Below, in pieces: positions 27,037-43,560 of a DNA stretch of 64,000 nucleotides. Positions within the stretch are counted from its first letter, which is position 1. Each line of letters opens with the position of its first letter. The notes below the pieces were generated by a model. The model did no database searches and had not been told where the DNA came from. It saw only the letters and a program-made list of their open reading frames with translations. Source of the stretch: Eledone cirrhosa (taxonomy: Eukaryota); NCBI GenBank assembly GCA_964016885.1, contig OZ024742.1, positions 42,160,001 to 42,224,000 on the forward strand. The letters are read 5' to 3'. The position numbers and the translations under genes were made by a program.

Positions 27037-27235
27037 ATTTTATCCGCGGGGCGCAGCTGAAACACCGCCCAGACTGGTGTGTAGAGCCTGCCTTTTATTC
27101 GTTGCTTAATTCCATTTTTTTCTTACTCTTCTTATTTTTCCTCTTTCTTTTTTGTTTCCTTATTGCCATGATATTGTAACAATTTTTTTTTTTTACTACT
27201 GGATATTTTGTATTGCAATAAATCATAGTTTGTTA
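27037..27235 (+). mobile_element. Extreme 3' tail of a CRE-like retroelement
   Basis: ATT TTA TCC GCG GGG CGC AGC TGA = ILSAGRS* (compare ...AFSILST at ~10800), then gcctgcctttt, a pyrimidine tract and AATAAA as at 1204-1346. Confidence 0.5.
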
Positions 27236-27354
27236 AACCCTTAAACCTTTTTTCTTCTTTGCTTTAGTAATAGTTACAGCCGTGATTTCGAGGGAGTACA
27301 TTTTTCAAGATCTTTTTCCGTAACCCGGTTTCGATTCTCTACATTGACAAGTAT

Positions 27355-27405
<51 letters not shown>

Positions 27406-27440
27406 CGCACACGGGTGTGTATGATTGTGTATAGAAAATT

Positions 27441-27797
27441 ATATTAATAAAATGAATTCCAACTTTGTATGATTTACTCGTTTTATTTACAATCCTTTAA
27501 AATTATAATGATATTATAAGGAAATAGTATGGTAGAATATTAGATGTTAATTGAACAAGTACTTTCGTGCTTTCGCAATCTTCAGGTTCATATTCAGTGG
27601 TGACAGTCAAGTTTGCAGAAAATTGCAAACTTGACTCACCAGTGAATATGAACCTGAAGATTGCGAAAGCACGTGTTCAATTAACATTTAACATCTAATA
27701 TTCTACTATACTATTTCATTATAATACCATTATAATTTTAAAGGATTGTAAATAAAACGAGTAAATCAGACAAAGTTGGAATTCATTTTATTAATAT
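27441..27797. repeat. ~357-bp near-perfect palindrome of a hammerhead-containing pLTR-like unit, between (CA)n/(TA)n tracts
   Basis: Arms mirror each other about ~27620 (gtttgca-gaaaat-tgcaaac). Confidence 0.9.
27552..27590 (-). ncRNA. Minimal type I hammerhead ribozyme motif with an intact core
   Basis: tgaac-CTGAAGA-t-tgc(gaaa)gca-c-GAAA-gtac-TT-gttca: 5-bp stem I, GNRA-capped stem II, palindromic helix III. Confidence 0.7.
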
Positions 27798-28829
27798 ATA
27801 TATATATATGCGTGTGTGTGTGTGTGCAGACAGACATGATTCTCAACTTCAGCGCTTCGCCTATGTAGCCAATATATTTCTAAAAGGATTGAACTACACA
27901 ACGTCTTTTCGGCCATTCTTAATGCATTGAAATAGAAAAGTTTGTATTTCCAAAAATAAATATGGATACTATGTTATTCTAAATCTTTACACACTCCTTA
28001 AGCTATTAGCAATTACTGAAACGGAATGTTTAAAATGATTCACATTTGTTTAGATAATGTGTGTACCCAACGCTGCTCGGGAAAGAGACGACTCAGTCAT
28101 TGGTCAAATTCCTATGATCATCTCGTTTTCTTTTTCGGTGTGCAGGGCTGAGAGTCGTTAGAGCGTTGGATATTTGTTCCGGGCCTCTTAGTTCGATTCC
28201 CGCCGAGGTCAACTTTGCCTTTCATCTTTTCAGGGTTAATAAATAAAAAAAGAATCAGTCCAGTGCTGGTGCAGCCCTCTTTCCTCCCAGTTGTTACACC
28301 AAGGGAATGAGGGTCGGGAGAGTATCTGTGTCATCTCACGACTCCGTGGGTACCTAAAAACCCTTAATGAAAGCATGTGACGGCTGTAGTTTTATAAATT
28401 GCCCGCCAGAAGGTGGCTGAAGAGATGCAGTTTCATCTCTCTGTTCTCACTCTCCGCACCTATCACTCATATTCAACGTGTAGATACTTTTCTTAACACG
28501 TTCAAATTATTTCCCCGACAATATAAATTTATTCTTCCCTCCCTGGTCTCACTTATTTTCTAAAACTTCTTTTTTACGTTGTCTCTTATATACTTCCCAA
28601 TGAGACTTTTCTCTGTCCCTTCATACTACCTTTACTTTGTTCTCTTTCAGTACTTAATGATCTCTTAACGTCTGCCATTCGCCCTTCTTTGACCTTTCTA
28701 TGTAACAATAACAACCTCTACCTTCTACACCCCTTTTGTTGGGGTTCCTCTTGTCCTTTCTTTCACTTTCACTCCGCGCCTTTTTTTTTTTTTTTTTTTT
28801 TAAATTATATATATATATATATATATACA

Positions 28830-29160
28830 CAGTGTAGCCCCGGCATTCGCGGATTTTCCATTAGAATCTAACTAATAATTGTTCGTTGAAACCACCGCAT
28901 ATTCGCGGAATCGTAAATATATTCCGCGATTTTCTTTATGGCTTTTTTCGTGACAATATATTTTTTTTTAACGCTAAATTATTAATAACAAGATACCATA
29001 TTGGATGCCCCTTCGCATAAGACGCTCCCCTTTTTAAAAATTATATTTTGACGCTTATAGGCATTTTTATGGACCACGTCCAATATTCTTGGTTGTTCAC
29101 TCTTCGCGGGTACTCTAGAAACGTAACCCCCGCGAATACGGGGGAGGGGGGCGACTACTG
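28830..29160. mobile_element. Tigger/pogo-like MITE with TA target
   Basis: Imperfect TIRs cagtgtagccccggcattcgcgg / ccgcgaatacggggg...cgactactg, flanked by (TA)n. Confidence 0.7.
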
Positions 29161-30293
29161 TATATATATACCTTCTGTTGATACAACCGGCATGATATCT
29201 GCTCGATCAGGCCTGGGACTAAGCAATATTAAAATACGTAGCTCTTGGTTACTTTATATCGGCATTTATGAATATTATGATTCTGTATTGTGCAGACCAA
29301 CATCTAAAAGTGACAATTCCGTGTTTGTTTGTTTTTCTCAGTAAAATGTATCTAGGACCACATTATGAGGCATTATCCTATTTGAGAGTTCCACTAAAAT
29401 GGAAGTTAATATCTAGACAGAATATAGAAAATTGAAACTTTCTGTTTCTTTGGAAATAAAGAAATGTGGTTATTTTGTATATATACGTAGCGACTAGAAT
29501 ACGAGTATATACTGACATTCTGTTTGTGTACATATACTGCCAGCAAAACAGAAAGAATGAAATGTGAATAGGATTTCTATTATATTTGGGGCAGAATCTA
29601 ACCTTGCCTAGGGTACCAGATAGTCTGGTTCTGGCCCCAGGCCAATATATCGGACTCAATGTTGCCAAAGACTCATGGACGATATATTAACCTAAATATA
29701 TAATGCTGTTTCTATTGTTTTTGACGATTAAGCCATAGAATTGTTTCTAAGGAGACTGTAGTGCTAAAATAGTTTAGAATTAAAGAGTTAAGGCTTGAAA
29801 CCACGCCATAGGTGTAATGATACTGCCTTTTTTCTTCTAAAAGTATAGGAATGGAGCAGAGGTAAAGAGAAGCACATTTTTTAAAATTATAAATACGCTA
29901 CATTCATATTTTTTATTATAAATACGCTAAATTCATATTTTTTACATCCAATTTTCATGGTGACCTATAATAGATAGGGTTCCAACAACTTACAAATAAC
30001 ATTTCAGTTCTTAGGTATACTAGTACCTAAATAGAAAAGTGAATTGATAAAACAGTATTGACGTATAATATAATTAAACATTTGATGCAGTCATATCTAA
30101 TCACTTAGTTTATCTCTCATTAGTCATGTTTCATTATTAATAGCTCAGCATCACAACAACAGTTCATAGGAATTACTATCAAATTCTCAACAAGACACAG
30201 GCATGCTTATGTGGTTAAGGTGTTTGCTTTGCAATCACATGGTTTCAGGTTCAGTTCCACTGCATAGCATCTTGACCAAGTGTCTTCTACTAT

Positions 30294-30520
30294 AACCCTT
30301 TAGTATTTAAACCGACCGTGTCCGGCTAAAATTCTCTCACCCCTTTCTGTTCAAACCAACTGTAACCGGCTGCTCATACTTATGTTAAGGTATTGTTCTC
30401 AAAATAAATAATATCAAAATCTCGTAGATTCGATATTATATGATATAATCATGTGAGATAAAGTGTTTGTCGTGAAAATACAATGGTAAATATAGAGTAA
30501 TGTAAATGCTAAAAGGATAA
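30294..30520 (+). mobile_element. piggyBac-like MITE family A
   Basis: ccctttagtatttaaacc...gtaaatgctaaaagga. Confidence 0.75.
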
Positions 30521-30894
30521 TCCTTGGGTTAACCAATTACTTGTAAGTGAAATTTGGTTGGCTGAAACTATCAAAGCTCATCAGTTCATCCCTGTGTCTA
30601 TAATTGTATTTACGTTTACATATTCCACATTGACGAAACAAGTAATTAGTACTGATGTCGATATGATCGGTTATGTAAGGCAATTTGATTGGTTTCCTGT
30701 TCGTTACAAAATAATTTCAGAAAAAGAAAATTAATGAGAAATCAGGTAATTAAACTCATGATTTAGAGTCTTTTTAACATTTTTGACACCAAATTTCCTC
30801 TGGTTCTACAATGCAAAACTTTTAAAGTCTCTATATTAATTTAAAAAGCTTCCATCACAATTTTATATAAGAACTGTCATTAAGTTAAGCTCTA

Positions 30895-31087
30895 ACTCAG
30901 GTACTCAAAATGAGGCACTGGGGCCTAAGGGGACGGTAGAGATGATATAATAGTATATTAAATATCAAATGATACATATATATAAGTATAGTAAAAGAAA
31001 ATAATATGTAATATTTATATATACATAGTATATATAAAGTGTATATACATAGTATATAAAGTGGCTCAAAAAGTTTGAAAACCTCTG
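30895..31087. mobile_element. hAT MITE relic
   Basis: 3' end gtggctcaaaaagtttgaaaacctctg matches the MITE at 25745-25771. Confidence 0.55.
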
Positions 31088-32140
31088 CTCTAGACACCAA
31101 CTTAACAATGAGAAGGTTAGTTATATTACTAAATTCTTGATTATTTTCAAAATTATTCCAAAATTACAGGCAGCATCTGTCAATAGAAATATAACAAAAA
31201 GGTTACACTGCCCTCATGACCTAATCACATGAATCATTCAATTGTAAAAAAATGTGTTGTGCTTTGATTTTTAAAAAAAATGATCAAATTACATTTTACA
31301 TCACAACTAAACATATGACATAGTCTATTATATATATGAAATTTCAGGGATAAGAATATTAGTTAATTTCTTATAAGTGGTTTTAAATTTCATATTGATA
31401 AAACTTATGTTTCTGTTGGAGTTGTTGATGATAAATAAGAAGATAAATGTATCCACTATCTGTAAAGTGGTTGGTGATATGAAGGACATTTAGTCATAGA
31501 AAACTTGCCAAACAAAGGGTCAGATGGACTCTTCAACTGTGTCAAAACCCACGACAACCTCCCAGGTACTGGTGGCATGATAAAATGCACTTGGTAGAAT
31601 GCAGGAATGTACATAAGCAAGATGCAGGCTCTCAGCCCATCTGAGAGATCAATAACCTCATCTGTGATGACCTATCCATCCTTTGCAAGTAGGAAAGGTG
31701 GATGATGATGATGAACATCCACTGATGAGGGAACTCTACTGGTAGTAGAATCAAATTTACTAGATTGATTTAAACACCATGTTTTGCCTTTAATGGCTAA
31801 TTTATCTGTTTCAATTGAGAAAAGAGTGAATTAAAAAACTTCATTTAAATTTTAATTTTAAAAAACTCAATTCAATATGAAATGCAATATTTTCTAATGA
31901 AATATTTATATTTGATTTTCTCTCACCGATTATTATCAATGAGCCGATTTCAAATTTATAAATTTGAAATTTCACCTAAAAAGATTATGCATGCATCAGT
32001 TGTCACATAAAATATATTTATAAAATGTCTATTATAGATGTGTTTTGTGTATTAAAATAGTATTAGATTTTTTTAATTGATTTTATGTCTGTTTTTCCTG
32101 GCACGGGTTGCATGAAGGTTTATCCCAGTTTCATGTGTCT

Positions 32141-32328
32141 TTAACCCTTTAGCATTTAAACCAGACATATCCGGCCAGAATTGTCTCACCTCTTTCTGTT
32201 CAAACCAGCCATAACCATCTGCTTGTACTTAATATCAAAATCTCATGGATTTAATATTATGTGAGATAAAGCCATTTCTGTGAAAATACAATAGTAAATA
32301 TAGAGTAATGTAAATGATAAAGGCTTAA
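32141..32328 (+). mobile_element. piggyBac-like MITE family A
   Basis: TTAA at both ends; same body as the other family A copies. Confidence 0.8.
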
Positions 32329-33261
32329 GTGACAGGGAGTATAAGATTACAGTCTGTTGTAAGGGTGTCCCCAGCTAATGCTAGTATTCCTTTTTAGCTG
32401 AGTAAACTGAACACAATATGCCACTTGAACTTAGGATTGGCCTTATGTTGATATGACCAAAGCCCTAACCACTAGGCCGTCACATAGTATTTATTGGTGT
32501 TGGTTTCAATTGTTCTTACCTTGCCTTAGTAACATGCCACCAAGTGAAAAAGAAACACAGAATTAGTATCTGCAAAAGCTGAGGTTTAATCCCATGGTAG
32601 GACTGTGTCCTCTATAGCACTAAAACACTCAAGAAATCTCCTTTGAGAATCAATCTTATAAGTGACAAACTAAACTTACATAGATGTGAGTTGTAATAAC
32701 AACATGCAACATTTGTTAGCTGCAAAACCTTTTCACCAAATTAGGCTGGACACTACATTTCTTTATGAACGTAACTAATCATTTCTTTACGAATGCATCT
32801 TCTAACAAGACATTTATATACACATGATAGATTACATTATATGGTGTTTACTGTAATGTATTATCTACTTTTTATCAATATAAACATCATATTTTGTACA
32901 TCATAGAATTTTTATATGATGTTTTACATCCTAATATGTACACTGAACCTAAGGAGAATTTAATGAAACTCAATTCACATTAATTCAAAAGACCTTGATC
33001 ATGTGATCTCATTAATTTGGATTTTAGTCCCAAACAATCTTCATACTAAGACTGACTATATTTATGTTACACTCAATAACTCATGTGCCATGTTGTGTGA
33101 TTTGGTATGTAATTAGTATTATGAAAGCTAAAGAGTTAATGTAATATAAACTATTTATGTTTCCGCTTATCTGTTTTGAGATTCTTGTTTGACAGGATTC
33201 AGTCACTGACCTTTGCTGTGTACATAAACTTAATATACCCAGAATCAATACATTTACAATG

Positions 33262-37297
<4,036 letters not shown>

Positions 37298-37619
37298 CCA
37301 TTCTATTCTTTGCTTTGGGAAAACATGTTGTTAAATGGTGATAATAATGATAATATATACATAAGTTATTCAGTAATTATGTTGATCAAATGTTTTGATT
37401 GAGTTCATACATTTGAGAAGCAGATCAATACTGGAGTCAAGTCTATCACATCAATAGATCTCAAGCCAATCATCTGGGAAACATCTAATAATCGATATTC
37501 AATAAAAGTATTTTAAAGTGAAACTTTGTCATGTGTGTGTCATGCAAAAGTCAAGCAGAAATACCAAATAACAAAGCAAACAACACAGTACAATGAAGAA
37601 ATATATTATTAGTTTTATG

Positions 37620-37715
37620 CTTGATATAGAGTGTTAGCATTTCGGACGCTAGTTCTTCATCAGAAGATAGAATGAGAAATTAAAGAAGAAATAGAAAGAT
37701 TGAGGAGATGGGCAA
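37620..37715 (-). mobile_element. Hammerhead-bearing pLTR-like repeat
   Basis: Minus strand tctt-CTGATGA-agaactagcgtcc-GAAAtgcta; paralogue of 19030-19190. Confidence 0.55.
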
Positions 37716-38135
37716 GGTGGAAACAGAAAAAAATGGTTCATTCCATATCGGCCACTCCTTCACCTGCATCTCTACCCATGTAGTCTTTGTTAAGTCCAAA
37801 AGACATGACAACTTCCCTAGTGTTGGTGTCATGATAAGATGCATTTGATTATATGATTGGTCAGTGATGACATGTCTAAACCATGCTGGCAGGAAAAACA
37901 GATGTTAAATGATGATGATGATGATGATATATAGTGTCTGGTTGTTGACTAATAGTTATTACTGGTGATACCGATTTTAACACTCCATTCATTTATGTGA
38001 ACTGGATATTCAGTATATACAGTGACACAATGGTTATTGACATAATTTGACATAAGTTATCCAATGTTTATAGGAAAAATGAGAGATCGAAGTTTCAATT
38101 CATCAGGGTTTTTTTTAAAAATAAATTTATATATA

Positions 38136-38262
38136 CAGGGTGGCCCAAAAGTCGTGATACATAAAAAAAATAATTGTGTTTTATAAGAAACAATTTATTC
38201 AAAATAAATAAATATAAAACAATTATTTTTTTTTTATGTATCGCAACTTTTGGGCCACCCTG
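38136..38262. mobile_element. Tc1/mariner MITE
   Basis: TIR cagggtggcccaaaagt / acttttgggccaccctg extending ~30 bp; TA TSD. Confidence 0.9.
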
Positions 38263-38277
38263 TATATATATATATAT

Positions 38278-38538
38278 ATCATCATCATTTCGTTTAACGT
38301 CTATCTTCCATGCTAGCATGGGTTAGACAGGAGTTGTCCCACTTGAGGCGAGATTGGTCGGGTGACCGTGTCTCGCCTGTATAGGACTATCTGGCAGATT
38401 TTCTACGGCTGGATGCCCTTCCTAACACCAACCACATTTACAGTGTGAACTGGGAACTTTTTACCGTGTTACCTACACGGCCACATTACAGCGTCGACTG
38501 TGTTTTTTTGTTGTGACACCTACACGATCTCGATCTCA
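38278..38538 (-). mobile_element. RTE LINE 3' UTR copy
   Basis: Near-identical to 19238-19478. Confidence 0.9.
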
Positions 38539-38548
38539 TATATATAAT

Positions 38549-39077
38549 TGGTGTGGGATGCTAAAAGCGTCCGTATGCGGTGGGCTGTTTGAGCACTCGA
38601 TGCTCTTACAGAGCAGAGTATAATATCACATAAGAAACGGAGAATCAGTGGTGTGACGAATTAAAATTTATTAGACATATTACAATCATTTCTCTGGCGA
38701 CCAGCTTGAGGCGCGATCGATGCGATGATCGAACCTGACTCTGAAATCACAAGATCCTCAGATATGTCTTGATCTTTCGAAGCAAGTTTCCAAATGTTCA
38801 GTTAATCCTGTGGCCTTCGCTCGCCAGCTTGTATCCTGTTGTTGTCGGTCGAGGAGTGGTCAAGAATTGTACACATCATCGGTATTTCTGACCACTTATG
38901 GCCGTCATTTTTCTGGTTCCATTCATAAGTCACCTGTTAATCAAAGTTGTTTCTTTTAGCGGAATTACTGCTGTAGGAGGTAGGGGGTTGTATGGTTGAA
39001 ACGCCCGCGCACTGCTGCAACCTTCCCAGCCTGTAGACGCCCACAGACATGTCCATGTTTCGCGCAGGCATGATACA
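38549..39077 (-). mobile_element. Solo-LTR-like repeat (TG...CA on the minus strand)
   Basis: Minus strand begins tgtatca and ends cccacacca, with an internal AATAAA; a partial inverted copy lies at 39550-39909. Confidence 0.5.
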
Positions 39078-39549
39078 TATGGGTACATATACACACCTGC
39101 AACTGTATTATATACGAAAATCACAGTAAATATTAAATGTGCAGCAAATATTTCGAAAGTATTTTTTTAAAATGGAAAAACATTTAAAAAATGCTTGAAA
39201 GAGCCTCTAAAAAAAAATTATTTCAAAAGTATTTCTGATAAATATACATACGTATATATACACACACACACACACTGTACTCAGGAAAGCATATATACTT
39301 AAGACACATATACTTGAAACAATACATATGGATGCACATATATACAGATGAAAAAAACCGGAAAATCTACACATACATATGCATACACTTACACAGACAT
39401 GTAATCTACACAGACATATACATACACATGCATGTATATATATATATGTACATACACATACATGTACCCACGCATGGGCATGCTTATGCATCTCAAAAAG
39501 CACATACTTGATGAATACCTACATGTCCACACACACACGCGACTGTGCA

Positions 39550-39909
39550 CACCCCCTACCTCCTACAGCAGTAATTCCGCTAAAAGAAACAACTTTGATT
39601 GATAGGTGACATATGAATGGAACCAGAAAAATGATGGCCATGAGTGGTCAGAAATACCGATTATGTACAATTCTTGACCACTCCTCGACCGACAACAACA
39701 GGATACAAGCTGGCGAGCACAGGCCGCGGGATTAACTGGACATTTGGAAACTCTGGTTCGAAAGATCAAGACGTATCTGAGGATCTTGCGATTTCAGAGT
39801 CAGGTGTGATCATCGCATTGATCGTGCCTCAAGCTGGTCCCTAGAGAAACGATTGTAATATGTCTAATTAATTTTAATTCATCGCACCACTGATTCTACG
39901 TTTCTTATG
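39550..39909 (+). repeat. Inverted partial copy of 38628-38988
   Basis: accccctacctcctacagcagtaattccgctaaaagaaac...caccactgattctacgtttcttatg; high identity by eye. Confidence 0.9.
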
Positions 39910-40028
39910 TTATATATATATATATATATACATACGATATTAATAAATGGAAACTATATTTATATAAAAATAATGGTCGCATTTTAAAAGGGTACGTCAA
40001 AGCTTATTTGTAAAACTGTTATATATTG

Positions 40029-40093
40029 TATTTTGTCTGATGAAGGCATACCATAATTTAATTTGGTATCCCTGAAATATGTATAATGAAATA
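40029..40093 (+). ncRNA. Type I hammerhead ribozyme motif with an intact core, inside a pLTR-like unit carrying 30-bp inverted repeats (39935-39964 / 40105-40134)
   Basis: tattttgt-CTGATGA-agg.atacca...tggtat.cct-GAAA-tatgta-TA-atgaaata; predicted cleavage after 40085. Confidence 0.7.
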
Positions 40094-40221
40094 AATATGG
40101 TTTTATAAATATAGTTTCCATTTATTAATATCGTATATCTACTCCAAATACTTGTCGAGTGCTTTATATCAGTTATAAAAATATTTACTTGTTGTATCCC
40201 AACAATTTTAAATAGAACTTT

Positions 40222-40255
<34 letters not shown>

Positions 40256-40848
40256 TGAGATATTTTAAATGTGAGACAAGTAACATCTATAGACTACCTA
40301 AAATAGAGAAGAATAAACTAATTAATGAGACATACGAAAACCAATCGTGTGAATATATCTTCACCAATTGATTTAAAACTAAGACTCATCATAACAGAGT
40401 TATGTCCTTTGTCTTAGAAAGGACGTAAGTGACACATAACAACACATGTAAAAGAATATTCAACACTATGTAAGTATGACATAATGATACATGTTAAAAA
40501 ATATACACCAACACACCCAAAAAGGAAATTTTGAAAAACTACTCATAGCGAAACCAGTTAGGACAAAAACTAATTAGATAATTATGATTATTTCTGAAAA
40601 CCCACTTATTGATATTCATGGGAGTGCGTTTTGAAGTGTGTGATTAGTTTTTTAGTTTATGTCTAGTGTTGGATGATATTTGGGTTTGTGGAAAGACTAT
40701 TTTTTAAAGATCTAGATTTAAATAAAAGAGAAACATTGATTATTAATTTAAACCTTTCTTATTTTGCTTCTTTTTTTCCATACATTTAACCCAAAAAGTA
40801 TTATATTAAAGAAGTGATTAAAATATTTCTTTGTATCTTTTATTGTAG

Positions 40849-40891
40849 GCTTCAAATTCTTTCTAATTCTAAAGATCTTTAAATAACCAAG
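40849..40891 (+). other. Candidate 43-nt non-coding 5' UTR exon
   Basis: Acceptor tttctttgtatcttttattgtAG and perfect donor AAG|GTAAGT; stops in all three frames. Confidence 0.55.
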
Positions 40892-41499
40892 GTAAGTTTA
40901 AATTTTATAGCCAATGCTCTTCATTTGCATTAAATTTTTTGATCTTTTAGTATTAATCTTGTGATCTAACAGGGTCATTAGTGCATAGGGCAAAATCCCT
41001 GATGGTATGTTTCAGCTCTCTATGTTCTAACTTTAAATTTTGCTCACAGCAACTTTGTTTTTCATCTTTTTGAAGTTGATAAAATAAAGTACCGAGTCCA
41101 GAGCAGTGGATTGATATTTGTCCTGGTTCTTTACATTCTGAGTTAAAATCCTTATGTGACCTACTTGGGTGCTAGGCTTCATTCAATTGCCTTATCTATC
41201 ACCAATATGTGACCTTTAAGACTTTGATTTGAAGATACCTTCCTTGCTCCATCCCTTAGTCTTGGAAGCCTTCTCTCCCAGACTAAACTGTAAAAAAAAA
41301 ATTACATTTACATTGTATTTTATTACTTTTTGTTTACACCACAGTTAACTCTTCTGTTAAAAGATAAAGATCCCATAACTTCTTGTGGAGTCATTGAGGC
41401 ACCGTCAAATGGCGTGTCTAGGACATATTTAAACCTGGCGGAACCCAATCCTCTCCAGGTCTGAACACAGCTGATTTTTTTCTATAGAGGAAGAATCGA

Positions 41500-41645
41500 C
41501 TCCACTACTGGACTGGTACTTTTTTTTTATCGACCTCGAAAGGATGAAAGACAGAGATGACTTTGGCAGGATTTGAACTCAGAGCACGCAATGAGGTGGG
41601 ATGAATACTGTAAAGCATTCTATCCAACGTCTTAACGACTTTGGT
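41500..41645 (-). mobile_element. Diverged tRNA-derived SINE
   Basis: ggatgaaagacagag...ggatttgaactcaga. Confidence 0.7.
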
Positions 41646-42332
41646 AAAATTATGGTGGGCAGAAGAGTGAATATTTGGTCGACTGTGCTAGGACCAAGGG
41701 GAAAACCACAATGTTCATCAGTTAGCTTGGACTATATCCCTACATCTCTTTGCCAGATACTTAACAGAGACTTTATGGAGATTCCTCTATAATTAGAGCA
41801 ATCTCTCTTGTCTCTCTTTTTGAAAATTGGGATTAACACTTCAGCAGTGGTTTGGTACCAAAAGGGTTAAATAGGTGCAGTCTGCTACTATAGGTACCAT
41901 ATAACCAATGGGCATTTTATTAATTTGTAGTTCAGAGTTCAAGTCATACTATGAGCCTAGATAAGACAACAGGAAATCCACTCTTGTGTGTTCTATAGAA
42001 CATAGCTGGCTCTTCTTTGCATCATTACTAAATCCAGCATCATCTTTTGTTGTTTTATTTACTATTTACAATGGAGGGAAAACATTGTTGTCATAACATG
42101 TAGTCATTCTGATAGGATGAGATCAATTATCATTATCATCATCATCATCAACATTTAATGGCTGCTTTCCTTCCTAGCAATATAGTTGATATTTTGAGTT
42201 GCTGAAAGCTAGTGATGATCGCTGGAAATAGATGAAAGAGAATCAACTATTTGATATAATCTCTCTCTCTCTCATATATATTTATAAACGTATGTGTATA
42301 TATATATATATTATATATCTGTATGTATGTAC

Positions 42333-42403
<71 letters not shown>

Positions 42404-43225
42404 TTATATCAAATCATGGATCCAATATCCCTTATCAATATTCAGTATCTAATATTAATATCTAATTCCAATATCTAATGTCAATATTTCACCCACTTGG
42501 CCTTTTGTTGCATATAAACTTACAAACATACATACTTACATGTATGGACATGCATGAATATAATACACGCACTTGCATTTGTATTGGTTTTATGCCCATT
42601 TCTCCATGCTAGTGTGGTTTGAATATGTTTGAAATACAGCTGCTTTTATCATACCTCTGCTCTGCCTTATCTCTTTGGAGTTCCTTCCCTGGAGTTGTCT
42701 TTGGTCTGCCTTGACTTTAGCTCTTATGCTATTAATTATGATGAATATAATTTCATGATTACAATGGATATATGATATATTTCTTTTTTTAAATTGAATT
42801 TCAATTTGCATTTAAATTTCAATTGCAAATATTCTTCCTTGATTTCATTTTATGAAAAATGGGTGTTTTATTGATTTTAAATTTGAATTTGAAGAGAACT
42901 ATTAAAGAGTAAAAAAATTATTTGAAACCTTTTGTAATATAATGAGCTTTGAACATGGTGAGGAATTTGGAGGGATTTAATAATCTTATTCGGTATTAAG
43001 TTGGTGTTGGGGGTATAACTTATCAAAGCTTCTTATATTAAATTATGATAAATATAAACACTTTAAAATAAAGAACTTTGTACTATAGAAAGATGGGTGG
43101 TTTCAGGCAGTTTGGTGTTAAAAGGGTTAATTAATGTTCTTCTCTTTGTAGTGATTATACAAATATTCTCTTTCCATTTATTAGTGATACAACTGTTTAT
43201 ATTTTTATGCAGGTTATTTGATATA

Positions 43226-43560
43226 TCATCATCATCATTGTTTAACGTCCATTTTCTATACTAGCATGGGTTAGACGACTTTGTCCCGTTAGAGGCAAGT
43301 TGGGTCAGGTAACCATGTCTTGCTCATATAGGATTGTTTCTAGCTAGATTTCTATGGCTGGATGCCCTTCCTAATGCTTACCACATTTACAGTGTGTGCT
43401 GGCTGCTTTTAGTCGTGACACCTACACGACCACTTTACAGTGTATGCTGGTTGCTTTTTGTCGTGAAACCTACACAACCACTTTACAATGTGGGCTGGGT
43501 GATTATTTTAGTCATGACACCTACACGACCACTTTACAGTGTGGCCTGGGTGTTTTTGTG
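43226..43560 (-). mobile_element. RTE 3' UTR copy with an expanded internal ~39-bp tandem repeat
   Basis: ggctggatgcccttcc followed by repeated cacctacacgaccactttacagtgtg units. Confidence 0.85.

Noticed and set aside
31718-31760. CTGATGA followed by a hairpin
   Set aside because: No GAAA, helix III or stem I partner, so not supportable as a hammerhead.
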